From contig JBDTTC010000371.1 of the NCBI GenBank assembly GCA_039930825.1, forward strand, positions 1 through 45,657: 45,657 nucleotides of DNA. Direction: 5' to 3'. Positions 1-9,810 of this stretch are shown one piece after another; the stretch's first letter is position 1; the number at the start of each line of letters is the position of its first letter. This DNA is from Arenimonas sp. (GTDB lineage: Bacteria > Pseudomonadota > Gammaproteobacteria > Xanthomonadales > Xanthomonadaceae). The notes beneath the pieces are model-generated. The model had not been told where the DNA came from. It ran no database searches and saw only the letters and a list, made by a program, of their open reading frames with translations. The position numbers and the translations under genes were made by a program.

Positions 1-54
1 CTCCAACAGAGATTGTCTCTGTTTTAAAGTGTCCGTCAAACTGGGGGTAGCCCA
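1..54 (-). mobile_element. Probable IS3-family left terminal inverted repeat; element continues beyond the left edge
   Basis: Minus strand from 54 reads TGGGCTACCCCCAGTTTGACGGACACTTT...GTTGGAG: TG start, C-run and GGACAC typical of IS3-family IRs, ending in an SD-like GGAG at the edge. No transposase visible in the window. Confidence 0.55.
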
Positions 55-93
55 GGGGTAGCCCAACCTGACCCCTTTTGACGGAGGCCCGAC

Positions 94-1170
94 CTACATT
101 TTATAGGCTTTTGCCTGAGCTTTATTGAGCAATCGCCGTGTCGGTGAACGTAGAGCTCCTGGGCCACGGCTATCGTATTCGTAGAGGCGTGCGGTTTCTG
201 CTTGCAGCATGATCCGTTGCCCATCGCGGGCGGTGTAGGCCATGGTATCCCAGCCTTTGGGGTCGATATGGGCGTCCATCCAGCAGGATAAAAATACGGC
301 GGTGCCGAGTACGGCAGGATCGCCATATTTGCCATCGGCAAATTGTTTGCCGGGTCGCCAGGCGCGGCCAAGTGCCACGCTGGCGTCGGGAATTTCTTTT
401 TCGCGAAGCAAATGACAGCGATGAAAAATCAATCCGCGCATTTGTGTTTCAAGCGTGCTTGGTACCGCGATATAACCCTGACGCTCCTTGCCGGGACGAA
501 AGCGCGAAACGATTTCGCAATTTTCAAAACAGGCTTCACCGGCACCGAAAATAAAATCGACACTACCACTGATTCGGCAATCCTGAAAAACGCTGCGACC
601 GGCATCGACGAAGAGCGTGTCCTGATGTCCGGCGATATCGACGTTCTTCAAAACACTGCGCTCGGCACCGACATCGAGCATCAGTGCCACTGCTTGTGCA
701 CCATTCGGACCAATCACTTCAAACTTGGGTGCACTCAGGTTGTCGACATAATCAAAAGCATTTTCGATCCGGATATTTTCTGCGTGAAAATCCGGCGCGC
801 GCACGATCACACTCGCGCAGCCCCAGGTGCCCCAGGCTGAACCATCCGGACGCAACATGCCGGCGGCAGCATCAAAGCTCAGAACGCAGTCCTTTCGATC
901 ATCGCCAATCAAATGAATATTCGGTTTATCGATCACCAGTTTTTCGCGCCAGAATCCGCGACTGATTTTTATTCGATACGGGCTTTTGCCATCGGAGGGT
1001 GCCGATGCGATGGCCGCAGTAACGGTATCGAAACAGGGAATGCCGGAAATTTCATTGCAACTTCTCGTAACGCAAGCATCGAAATGATATTTGCCTGACG
1101 ACAGGCTTCGACAAGCTGCCAATACTGGTAGCGCTAACAAACTTGCCTGGAGGAAATATCTTCGTTTCAT
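94..1170 (-). CDS. Pectin methylesterase (CE8), Tat-exported lipoprotein
   Basis: CE8 motifs QAVAL, GHQDTL, GSVDFIFG, LGRAW; N-terminus KRRYFL...LAAC (twin arginine plus lipobox). Confidence 0.9.
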   Translation of the reverse strand: MKRRYFLQASLLALPVLAACRSLSSGKYHFDACVTRSCNEISGIPCFDTVTAAIASAPSDGKSPYRIKISRGFWREKLVIDKPNIHLIGDDRKDCVLSFDAAAGMLRPDGSAWGTWGCASVIVRAPDFHAENIRIENAFDYVDNLSAPKFEVIGPNGAQAVALMLDVGAERSVLKNVDIAGHQDTLFVDAGRSVFQDCRISGSVDFIFGAGEACFENCEIVSRFRPGKERQGYIAVPSTLETQMRGLIFHRCHLLREKEIPDASVALGRAWRPGKQFADGKYGDPAVLGTAVFLSCWMDAHIDPKGWDTMAYTARDGQRIMLQAETARLYEYDSRGPGALRSPTRRLLNKAQAKAYKM

Positions 1171-1180
1171 CGGTAAGAAG

Positions 1181-1217
1181 GAAGCCAGGGCAGCGGGAAC
1201 AATCCTGCCCTGGCTTC
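1181..1217 (-). terminator. Stem-loop between the TBDR gene and the pectinesterase gene
   Basis: Perfect 13-bp inverted repeat GAAGCCAGGGCAG/CTGCCCTGGCTTC with a weak CTTCTT tail, ending 10 nt before the PME ATG. Confidence 0.5.
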
Positions 1218-1230
1218 AAAGCCTTACAAC

Positions 1231-4042
1231 TTATAGTTTAAAGCGCACGCCTACGAAAAATTGGCGGCCGGTATGGTGGTAAACAGAAACGCGATCGGCG
1301 ACCGAATCTACCCATTGATCGTTATATTCATCGGTCAAGTTCAAACCTTCGAGTGTCAGTTCAAATCGATCGTTTACTTTCCAGGATGCCGACATGTCGA
1401 ACGTGGTGCCGCCCTTGGTGCCTTCGACATCATTGTTATTGCGGCCGGGTACGGTGGTTAGATAATCATCGCGATACGCCGCCGAAATACGCGCGCCGAG
1501 ACGTTTGCCTTCGTAATAAAGCGTTGCGTTGTAGGCATTGCTGGAAAGGCCAGTCAAATCGGTTTGAAGCGATGGCAAGCCGGTCGAAGTGACGTATTGA
1601 ATCTTGGATTCGACATGCGTGTAATTCAATTGCGTGCCGAAATTGGCCCATTTGCCCGGAAGAAAAGCGAAGGGTTGCTGGTAGCTGATTTCGAAACCCT
1701 TCAGCGGACCACCGGGTGTGTTGACCGGAATATTGAACTGGAAATCATCGGTTGGTAAGGCGCCAGTGCCGACCAGCAAACTGTCGGGCAGGCCGGAAGT
1801 ATTGTAGGGACGAATTTCGCGTGAGGTTTGTACGAAGCTTGCGATGTCTTTGTAAAACACGCCGATCGACAATAATGATTCCTCGGCGAAATACCATTCC
1901 AGACCCAGGTCGTAAGTGGTTGCGCGGAACGGTTCCAGCAATGGATTGCCACCGGTCACGGTGCGGTTACCGCCGCTGACGCTTACGGTGACGCCGGGCG
2001 TCAGATTGCCAAGACCGGGACGCGCCATGACTTTGGATGCACCGAAACGAAGCAGCAATTCATCGTTCAAATCGGCGACCAGATTCAATGAAGGCAAGGT
2101 ATCGTCGTAATCGCGCGTCACGGTTGTCAACACCGGCACGCCACCGGTGATGGAATAGCCGGTCGAGCTTTGTTCGGTTTTGACATGGCGAACGCCGAGA
2201 TTACCGCTCAATGGAATTTTGCCGATGTCGAAACTGAAATCGCCCTGCGCATAGAAACCGAAATCTTTTTCGGTAACGTCGCGATTATTGCCACGTACGC
2301 TTGCAACGTCCTGGCTTACCGCAAAGGTTCCGCTATTGCTGTAGATGTCGAACTGCTCGGCGAATGCGGCAATATCCGGAATGACCCAGAACGATCCGCT
2401 ATTGCTACCGTTTAATCCGATCAATGTCGTCAAATCGGCCAGGCTTACGCCGCCTGGCAGCGCAGGAACCGCCAACTCGGAGGCGCGACGCCATTCCTTG
2501 CTTTCGAATTTATATTCTTTCGACAGCAGCCCGCCGGAAAGTTTGAAGCCCGGCGAAATATTCCATTTGAAATCGACTTGTGCGGTGTCGAAAGTATTGA
2601 CCGCTTTCTGTGGACGCAGGCGAATTTCCGAAATGCCGTTCACGAATGTCCAGCTGGCCGGGTCGCTGGGATCAAAACCGTAATTGATGACGGGCAGCCG
2701 GTCATTGTCGCGGTAATCCCAACTATAGCCATCGGTATTCTGACGATCCAGCGTGATTGTGGTCTGGATCGGATTATCGAAAACCGATTTCGAACGACCG
2801 ACGAAAGCACTCATTTTGAAATCGTTGGTGAATTTATGAGAAACCAAACTGGGTGAATGTGGTGCTGAGTTCGTCGTAGCGCGCTTCCGAGCGCATATCG
2901 ACATCGTTGAACAAGCCGTAAACCAGATTGCCGTGCTCGTCGATCTCGCCATCAACCACGACGGTTTGCGGCTTGCCGGTGCCGGTTCGGCTAAAGGAAA
3001 TTGCTTCAATGAAATTTTCGGTACGCTTTGCATCAAAGCCGGCATACAGAACATCGAGGTTGAATTCGGTTTTATTGCTTGGAGCAAATTGCAGCGAGGC
3101 GGTAACGCCGAGCCGTTGCTGATCATGCTCGAGAATGCCGTAACGCGGCAGTCGCGGATGGAATGTCGTTGCTAATCGGGCATCAGTGAAAGGCGAAGCC
3201 GCATTGAAGTTGCCGCTGCTGGTGCCGTTGTCCCAGCGTACCGTGCTATGGCCTTCTTCGACCGATTGTCGGTCGGTGTAGGCGACCGACAAGAGGGCAC
3301 CAAACTTGCCATCGGCCCAGAGATTGCTCATTAGCAGCGAAGCGCGTGGATCTTTGTCGCCGGAAAGCGAGTTGTAACCGAGCTGGGCACCGGCTGCGAA
3401 CGTAAAGCCTTCGTAATCGAAAGGTCGCGCGGTTTGCAAATCCACCGTGGCACCAAGCGAGCCTTCTTCGACATTTGCCGAAGCGGTTTTACGCACGGTC
3501 AAGCGGTTGAATAATTCGGACGCGAAAACATTGAAGTCGAAACCACGGCCACGGTTGGCTCCACCGGAACTATCGGTACCGCCGGTAGTGGTCAATGCTT
3601 CCATGCCGTTGATGCGAACGCGGGTGAATTGCGAATCCAGGCCGCGCACGGAAATGTTTCTTCCTTCGCCGGCATCACGCGAAATAGAAACACCCGGAAC
3701 GCGCTGCAGCGATTCGGCAAGATTCAGATCGGGAAAGTCGGCGATGTCTTCAGCCACGATGACATCGACCACACCGGTTTCGGCGCGTTTGATTTCCATC
3801 GCTTTCTCGAGACTGGAACGAAAACCAACGGCTTGAACGGCTGCGAGTTCTTTTGGTTCTTCGCTGGGCGGCGCTTTTTTTGCATCGCTGGAGCTATCCG
3901 CTTCCGTGCTGGTAGTGGCCTTTGTATCTTTGGCGGTGGTGTCCTGTGCATAAGCCATCGCCGGCATATGCAGAGCCAATGCAATTGCCGCAGAAAGTGC
4001 GGCGGTAAAGGGGCCCTGCGGCCCTTTGCGTGCTGACGTCAT
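1231..4042 (-). pseudogene. TonB-dependent receptor, frameshifted near 2834-2850 (or a sequence error)
   Basis: ORF 2834-4042 has a signal peptide and plug domain (NLAESLQRVPGVSI, EEGSLGATVDL); the barrel continues in ORF 1231-3126 from SHKFTNDF to the C-terminal GVRFKL. Confidence 0.85.
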
Positions 4043-4098
4043 GTGGTATCCCTCCCAGGATAGTTTTTACCGATAGTCGAGCCTTATTACAAACGAAT

Positions 4099-4144
4099 TG
4101 ACACCGGTATCATTTTTCAAGTCTCGTTTTGACACCGGTGGTCA
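4099..4144. promoter_or_regulatory. Two palindromic operators (LacI-family-like) in the divergent TBDR/kdgK promoter region
   Basis: TGACACCGGTATCA (4099-4112) and TGACACCGGTGGTCA (4130-4144); each overlaps a TTGACA. TTGACA(4129)-18 nt-TAGCAT is a candidate kdgK promoter. Confidence 0.65.
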
Positions 4145-4285
4145 TTAAAGCGTAGCATAAGATTTAGCGCCATGTACAAGCCCCTGCTTCACCGGCTTGC
4201 AGGCGGGTATCGAATTCGTGACTCAAGCCTGGCTTGGCGGTCGCGACGGCCAGCTGCGGTCGTGGTAATCCGGAAGGGAGGCAAG

Positions 4286-5305
4286 ATGTCCACACGTATT
4301 GTTTGTTTTGGCGAGCTGCTTTTACGGCTCGCAGCTCCGGGCCGCCAGTTGCTGCTGCAGTCGCCCGGCCTCGAAGTTCATATCGGCGGCGCCGAAGCCA
4401 ATGTGGCAGTTTCGCTGGCGAAATATGGCCACGAAGCCGCATTGGTCAGCGTGATTCCGGAAAACCCGCTTGGTGCCGCCGCCGTTGCCGAAATACGAAA
4501 GCACGGTGTTGATGTCCGTAAAGTAACAAGCGCGCCAGGCCGCATGGGATTGTATTTTCTGGTGCAGGGCGCGATGCAACGTCCGAGCGAAGTGATTTAC
4601 GACCGTGCACAGTCGGCATTTGCATTAACGGCGGCATCGAATTACGACTGGCCACAATTGCTGATCGGAGCCGATTGGCTGCATGTCTCCGGCGTGACGC
4701 CGGCATTGGGCGAATCTACGGCGAAAGCAGCGATTGAAGCGGTACAAGCAGCACGCAAGCTCGGCTTGAAAGTATCGTTTGATGGGAATTTCCGGCCCAA
4801 ACTTTGGCAGGCCTGGCAGGGCCATGCGCCAAGTATCTTGCGTCAGGTAATGCTTGAAGCCGACATCATGTTTGCCGATCATCGCGATATGGCGGTGGTT
4901 CTCGGAACCGAATTCGTCGAGTCAGATATCGAAGCACAAATTCAATCGGCGGCAAGCGCGGCCTTCAAGGCATTCCCACAACTGCAAAAATTGGCCACCA
5001 CAATTCGTGTTCAACATAGCGTCGATCATCATTCGCTTTCGGCGATGCTGCTGACTCGCGATGGGCGCAACCATCAGGCACCGGCAATTGAATTGACTTC
5101 CATCGTGGATCGAATCGGTGCCGGCGATGCCTTCGCGGCCGGTGTGCTGCATGGCTTGATCAGCAATATGGATGACAAGCAGGCATTGTGTTTCGGCTTG
5201 GCCGCAGCGGCATTGAAACATTCGATCCCGGGTGATTTCAATTTGCTGGGCGTCGCCGATGTCGCCGCGTGTGTAGCGCAGGAGCGTTTCGATGTCCGAC
5301 GCTGA
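4286..5305 (+). CDS. kdgK: 2-keto-3-deoxygluconate kinase (PfkB family)
   Basis: CFGELLLRL, GGAEANVA, DRIGAGDAF, KHSIPGD motifs; SD GGGAGG before ATG 4286; adjacent to eda. Confidence 0.88.
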   Translation: MSTRIVCFGELLLRLAAPGRQLLLQSPGLEVHIGGAEANVAVSLAKYGHEAALVSVIPENPLGAAAVAEIRKHGVDVRKVTSAPGRMGLYFLVQGAMQRPSEVIYDRAQSAFALTAASNYDWPQLLIGADWLHVSGVTPALGESTAKAAIEAVQAARKLGLKVSFDGNFRPKLWQAWQGHAPSILRQVMLEADIMFADHRDMAVVLGTEFVESDIEAQIQSAASAAFKAFPQLQKLATTIRVQHSVDHHSLSAMLLTRDGRNHQAPAIELTSIVDRIGAGDAFAAGVLHGLISNMDDKQALCFGLAAAALKHSIPGDFNLLGVADVAACVAQERFDVRR

Positions 5306-5930
5306 TAATCGCATGCGCGAAATCATGAGGCGCGCGACAGTAATTCCGGTGTACACGCCAGGCAGTATCGAAGAAGCAATACAGGTAGCGAAATCGCTAG
5401 CGCGTGGTGGAATTGAAGTAGTGGAAGTGACGTTGCGTAATAGCGTTGCCATGGATGCACTGAAGGCAATGATCGAGGTTTCGCCGGGTATCGCTATAGG
5501 CGCAGGTACAGTAGTAACAACGAGACAAATGGAAACCGTTGCCGCTATCGGTGCCGCGTTTGCGGTGTCGCCCGGCAGCACGGCATCACTCATTTCAGCT
5601 TCGCAACACGCCAATCTGCCTTATCTACCCGGCATAGCCACCGCATCGGAATTGATGCAGGGGCTGCAGTTCAGTTTGAGTTGTTTCAAGTTTTTTCCGG
5701 CCACACAGGCCGGTGGCCCTGCAATGTTGTCTGCCTTTGCCGGCCCGTTTTCGGATGTGGTGTTCTGCCCGACCGGCGGCATCACTTTGAAAACGGCACC
5801 CGATTATTTGCGTCTCGGTAATGTCTTGTGTGTTGGCGGTTCCTGGATAACAACGCCGGAACGTTTGGCAACATCGGATTGGCAAGGCATTGAAGAGGCG
5901 GCAAGAGAGATAGCAAGACTGTTTCGCTAA
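5292..5930 (+). CDS. eda: KDPG/KHG aldolase
   Basis: VEVTLR, IGAGTV, FAVSPG, KFFPA, FCPTGGI, CVGGSW motifs. Confidence 0.93.
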   Translation: MSDADNRMREIMRRATVIPVYTPGSIEEAIQVAKSLARGGIEVVEVTLRNSVAMDALKAMIEVSPGIAIGAGTVVTTRQMETVAAIGAAFAVSPGSTASLISASQHANLPYLPGIATASELMQGLQFSLSCFKFFPATQAGGPAMLSAFAGPFSDVVFCPTGGITLKTAPDYLRLGNVLCVGGSWITTPERLATSDWQGIEEAAREIARLFR

Positions 5931-7669
5931 ACTCCCAGCTTCGATCTTTCCAGCAACCACAACAAAGCGGTAAACAAGAGCCAGCCTGAAAACCAGGGCC
6001 AGGGCGAACCGGGTACTGGAATGCGACTGGTATTTTTTCCGCTTAAATGTTTTGCCGCCAATAACAAGGTGGCTTCGCGGATTGCATTAGCCTTTATGCC
6101 GGGTGTTTCATTGGCATCGCGGACATAAAAAGGGAGTTCCTGTGTATCGGTTGTTGCAATATGCCAACCGGAATGTTGTGGCCAGTAGGCCGCACACTTT
6201 TTCGATCCGGAAGCAGTATCAAGCACCAGATAGGAAATTCCGGCTTCCGGTTCCTGCACATAAGTCTTCGCTGCAATATTGCACATCTGCATGCGCTCAT
6301 TGATGCGAGCATTGCGATCAAGCAAATACACTGCGCTTTCATTTCGTGTGCGCGCCAGCGTTGAAAGAGCATCCTGCCAGATTTGTCCATGACGGCTGAT
6401 GTCGCCATTCAATACCAATTTGTAACTATCGGTTAGCCAGATTAAACCGATCCGGCCACGAGCTTCGGCTCGCCACATTGCAAGTGGACTATTGGTGTCG
6501 TCTCGCAACAACGTAACGCCGTCGCGACTACTCACCATTAGCGGTCGCCGGGTGAGTGTTGGCCGGAGTTTTTTATCGCCATCAGAATCAAGATGAATGC
6601 CCTGCACGATATTGGCATCATTAACCGCGAAACCGAGTGCGCTTAGTTCACGGCGATTATTGGCGGAAATGGGTCCGGTAATTCGCAACAACACACCCAT
6701 GCCACCACGCAATGCATCAATTACCGATTGCTTGTTAGCGCTATTCATCGAGGCCCAGGCGCGTTCATCCAGTATCAATAAATCAAGATCGTGCAGGCTC
6801 ACGGCATTAATCGCGATCGCAGCATTATTCATTTGCACGCCGACACTAAGATTGACTTGGCTTTGCAATTCAACGCCGGCATCCAGAGCCCATCGCCGCA
6901 GATATTTCAATTCGGCGTTCGGGCCGCCGGACAAACTCAAAACCCGTAGCGGTTTTTCCTGCACGATATTCAGAGGCAGTTTGACGGTATCGAGAATTTT
7001 CTTTTGATCATCCAGTATTCGCAGTTTATACATCGCAAAGCCGGCAGTACGAGCAGTGTCGGCAAGCAAGAAATTTCCGTCGTCATTGACTAGTGTGCTG
7101 GCAACAACGGAATTGCCCGGGTCCAATAACTCAACACGGGCTTTTTCAATTTGATGGACACGGCCTTGCAAAGACCACCGTGCGCCGCTTGAAATTTTTT
7201 CCGGCAGCGATAGCTCGACCAGACCGCTCGGTAATGGTGAGGGCTTGAATTCAATCGATAAGCCGCGTGCTGCATCCTGATCACGCGGGCTCAAGCCGTC
7301 ACCGATAATTTGCAAATGATGCACGCCGGGATAGCGTCGTAATGCCGTGGCCAGATCCGGAACGTGTTCCGAATTCGTTGATGATACTGCTTCAGGCAAT
7401 GCCAATACGCGACCGGATATTTTTGCATTCGCGATGTCTGCGTGCGCTGTCAAAATCACCAGACGTTCGGCGCTGGTGAAAGTCGGTGGCGGGAATAAGC
7501 TGAAATACAGCCAGACCGCGCTGACGACCTGCAAGGACAAAAGCGCCGATACCCGCCACAGTTTCGGGCGCTGTGATGCTTCGCTGCGCCATAAAGAAAG
7601 CAAATGGCGAGCAGCACCAAGCAGTACTGCCAACACCAATAAAACAACGCAAACATGATTCATGCTCAT
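5927..7669 (-). CDS. Membrane-anchored hypothetical protein, last gene of the TldD/MoxR operon
   Basis: N-terminal TM segments and a C-terminal TM ending WLLER; ATGA coupling with the upstream gene at 7666-7669. Confidence 0.75.
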   Translation of the reverse strand: MSMNHVCVVLLVLAVLLGAARHLLSLWRSEASQRPKLWRVSALLSLQVVSAVWLYFSLFPPPTFTSAERLVILTAHADIANAKISGRVLALPEAVSSTNSEHVPDLATALRRYPGVHHLQIIGDGLSPRDQDAARGLSIEFKPSPLPSGLVELSLPEKISSGARWSLQGRVHQIEKARVELLDPGNSVVASTLVNDDGNFLLADTARTAGFAMYKLRILDDQKKILDTVKLPLNIVQEKPLRVLSLSGGPNAELKYLRRWALDAGVELQSQVNLSVGVQMNNAAIAINAVSLHDLDLLILDERAWASMNSANKQSVIDALRGGMGVLLRITGPISANNRRELSALGFAVNDANIVQGIHLDSDGDKKLRPTLTRRPLMVSSRDGVTLLRDDTNSPLAMWRAEARGRIGLIWLTDSYKLVLNGDISRHGQIWQDALSTLARTRNESAVYLLDRNARINERMQMCNIAAKTYVQEPEAGISYLVLDTASGSKKCAAYWPQHSGWHIATTDTQELPFYVRDANETPGIKANAIREATLLLAAKHLSGKNTSRIPVPGSPWPWFSGWLLFTALLWLLERSKLGV

Positions 7670-9810
7670 GGCCTGCGCTCCTGTTGCAATGCATCCAGAT
7701 ATTTTTGTGCGACCGGATCGGGAATGGTTCTTTGCTGTGGAATGGCAGGCGGTTTTGGCAACATCGGCCAGAGTTGCGCTTTCATTTCTGCAAGGCAGGC
7801 AACACATCCCGGCTGTTTTTCCAGTGCATCCACTGCCGCCAGTAATCCCAGCGAATCAGGAGAACGCGAAGAATGTTCACGAATCCAGTTGCGCAGAGCA
7901 GTGAAATCCGGCGCTTCACTGTTTTTCTTGATCTCACCAAGTTCAAGTGAATTCAGTGATTGCCAGAATTGCATCAAAGCAAGGTCTTCATTATTCGCAG
8001 CTTGCAAAACATCATTGCGGTTTTTGACGGAACTGCGGTCACCGCTTAGGCGACGGGTTTCATCAACCGGTGGTAATTCCAGACCTACGCGGGCGAGATA
8101 AATACGATCGGCCTGCTGCACTTTTTTGATGAAAGCAAGCGCGCGATATTCGTAAGGCAGCGCCTGTTTAGGCTCCGCTTGGCGCAGGTGCAATTCAGCC
8201 TGCCACATTTCATTTAGAGCGGCACGCAGCAGGGCTTTTGTTTTGGGCTCCAGTAAAGTCGCTGCTTCGGCAATATCGTGGACATGGCCGAACTCGGCGG
8301 CAATGGCAAGATTGCTGTCGGCGGATGTTGTCGGTTTCTTTGGCGGCTCGCCGGCATGTTCACCGTGTTCATCCTTGCCTTCTTTTGCCGATGGCGATGC
8401 ACTCTCGTCGCGGCCGCCTTCGGCTTCTTCCCCGAGGAACTGGCCATAGCGAAGACGCAGGATGCGCTGGTCAACACCAATGGTGTCGGATTGAACCGCG
8501 AATTTTTCAGTAGCGTAATTCTTTCGTTCGGACAACAGTTTTTCCGTGTCGATAATAATTTGCCGCTGGCTGCGGAAGTAGGCAGGAATGGCTTTTTGCA
8601 CCATGCCTTCTACGCCGGTAGTTTCAATGCTGGCTTCGGCCGGCCAGCGCAGGATGAAACTCGAACTGCGTGTGGTATTGGCCTGCGGCGTGCGTTGGTC
8701 ACTGATGCTCAACTGTACAATCACGTCATCTCCTGGCCCGACGCCAAGCGAAGTTAGATCAAGTTTTTGCGAATAGCGTTTTCGACTACGACTACCCTGA
8801 CCAACAATACTTCTGGTCTGCTCGGTGAATTTGATATTTTCACCGCTGCCCTGTGCAAGCTGGATGCGCAGTTCTGCGGCGCCCAAGCCGTAATCGTCTT
8901 CTGCTTCAAAACTTAATGGCCAATCGGTCTGGCCCAATTCGACCAGACTCAAATTTCGATCCGGCTGGATTACCCGTAGTGCGGGCGGCAAATCCTTGAT
9001 GGCATCAAGACGATAGAGCTTATCTTCGCTTAAAGCTGCGTTGTTGACTTGCAAACGATACAGACTCGATTGCAGCAGGGTTTTAGAAGCCTGCCAGTGG
9101 TCGCCATTTTTCTTCAGTGCCAATCGATTGCCATCATGAAACAGTAAAGATACTGAGGCCGGTTGCGGATCGAACTCGAGATTCCAACTCAATGTGGAAC
9201 CTTCGGGAAATTTGACCTGCAAGTTTTTTTCGTCACGGGCCGACAAGCCGGTATAGGCAGGTGCCCGGATAGCGATGCTTTGATCGATCAGTTTGGCTGG
9301 CGCTGCCACTGGCGACAATGGCGCGACATCGCTAATGAAGGTGTGAACTTCGCTGGTGTTACTGTTCGGCAAAAAAGTGGCCAATACACCAAGACCGGTC
9401 GCGATCACAAAAGACAGGGCAATTTTTTTCCATGGCCAAGCTTCGCCAAGATCCAGATAGCTAGTTTGCGAAATACGCTGTTCTATGCGCTGGCGTTGCA
9501 GATTCTGCAAGTTGGAAAGATCGGCGGAGGGCTTGAATAACAAATCGCTGCTGTCTTCCAGATTGCGCAAACGAATATCGAGTTGTCGTATCAGCCAAGC
9601 ATCGTTGAATACCCTGATCGAATACATGGCAAATAATGTAGCGGCGACCATCACGGCGAGCGCGATAATCATCGCCGGCGGGGCAGATAAATAATGCGCT
9701 GAAAGAAAATAAATTGCCGGCACCATAGGCAAACCAAGCAATAGGGAAATCAGAAACTGCCTGTTCTTTGCGGCGTTTTGCCATTGCCGTATCAAGCCGA
9801 TGGCACTCAT
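7666..9810 (-). CDS. Large membrane protein (DUF4175-like)
   Basis: Three N-terminal TMs, APAYTGL and AEDDYGL motifs, YFRSQRQIIIDTE helical region; ATGA-coupled at both ends. Confidence 0.7.
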   Translation of the reverse strand: MSAIGLIRQWQNAAKNRQFLISLLLGLPMVPAIYFLSAHYLSAPPAMIIALAVMVAATLFAMYSIRVFNDAWLIRQLDIRLRNLEDSSDLLFKPSADLSNLQNLQRQRIEQRISQTSYLDLGEAWPWKKIALSFVIATGLGVLATFLPNSNTSEVHTFISDVAPLSPVAAPAKLIDQSIAIRAPAYTGLSARDEKNLQVKFPEGSTLSWNLEFDPQPASVSLLFHDGNRLALKKNGDHWQASKTLLQSSLYRLQVNNAALSEDKLYRLDAIKDLPPALRVIQPDRNLSLVELGQTDWPLSFEAEDDYGLGAAELRIQLAQGSGENIKFTEQTRSIVGQGSRSRKRYSQKLDLTSLGVGPGDDVIVQLSISDQRTPQANTTRSSSFILRWPAEASIETTGVEGMVQKAIPAYFRSQRQIIIDTEKLLSERKNYATEKFAVQSDTIGVDQRILRLRYGQFLGEEAEGGRDESASPSAKEGKDEHGEHAGEPPKKPTTSADSNLAIAAEFGHVHDIAEAATLLEPKTKALLRAALNEMWQAELHLRQAEPKQALPYEYRALAFIKKVQQADRIYLARVGLELPPVDETRRLSGDRSSVKNRNDVLQAANNEDLALMQFWQSLNSLELGEIKKNSEAPDFTALRNWIREHSSRSPDSLGLLAAVDALEKQPGCVACLAEMKAQLWPMLPKPPAIPQQRTIPDPVAQKYLDALQQERRP

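Noticed and set aside
2851-3126. N-terminal part of ORF 1231-3126 as an independent gene start
   Set aside because: It is out-of-frame overlap with the true TBDR N-terminal half; receptor-like sequence begins only near SHKFTND.
4922-5614. 230-aa minus-strand ORF
   Set aside because: Antisense to the well-supported kdgK and eda genes.
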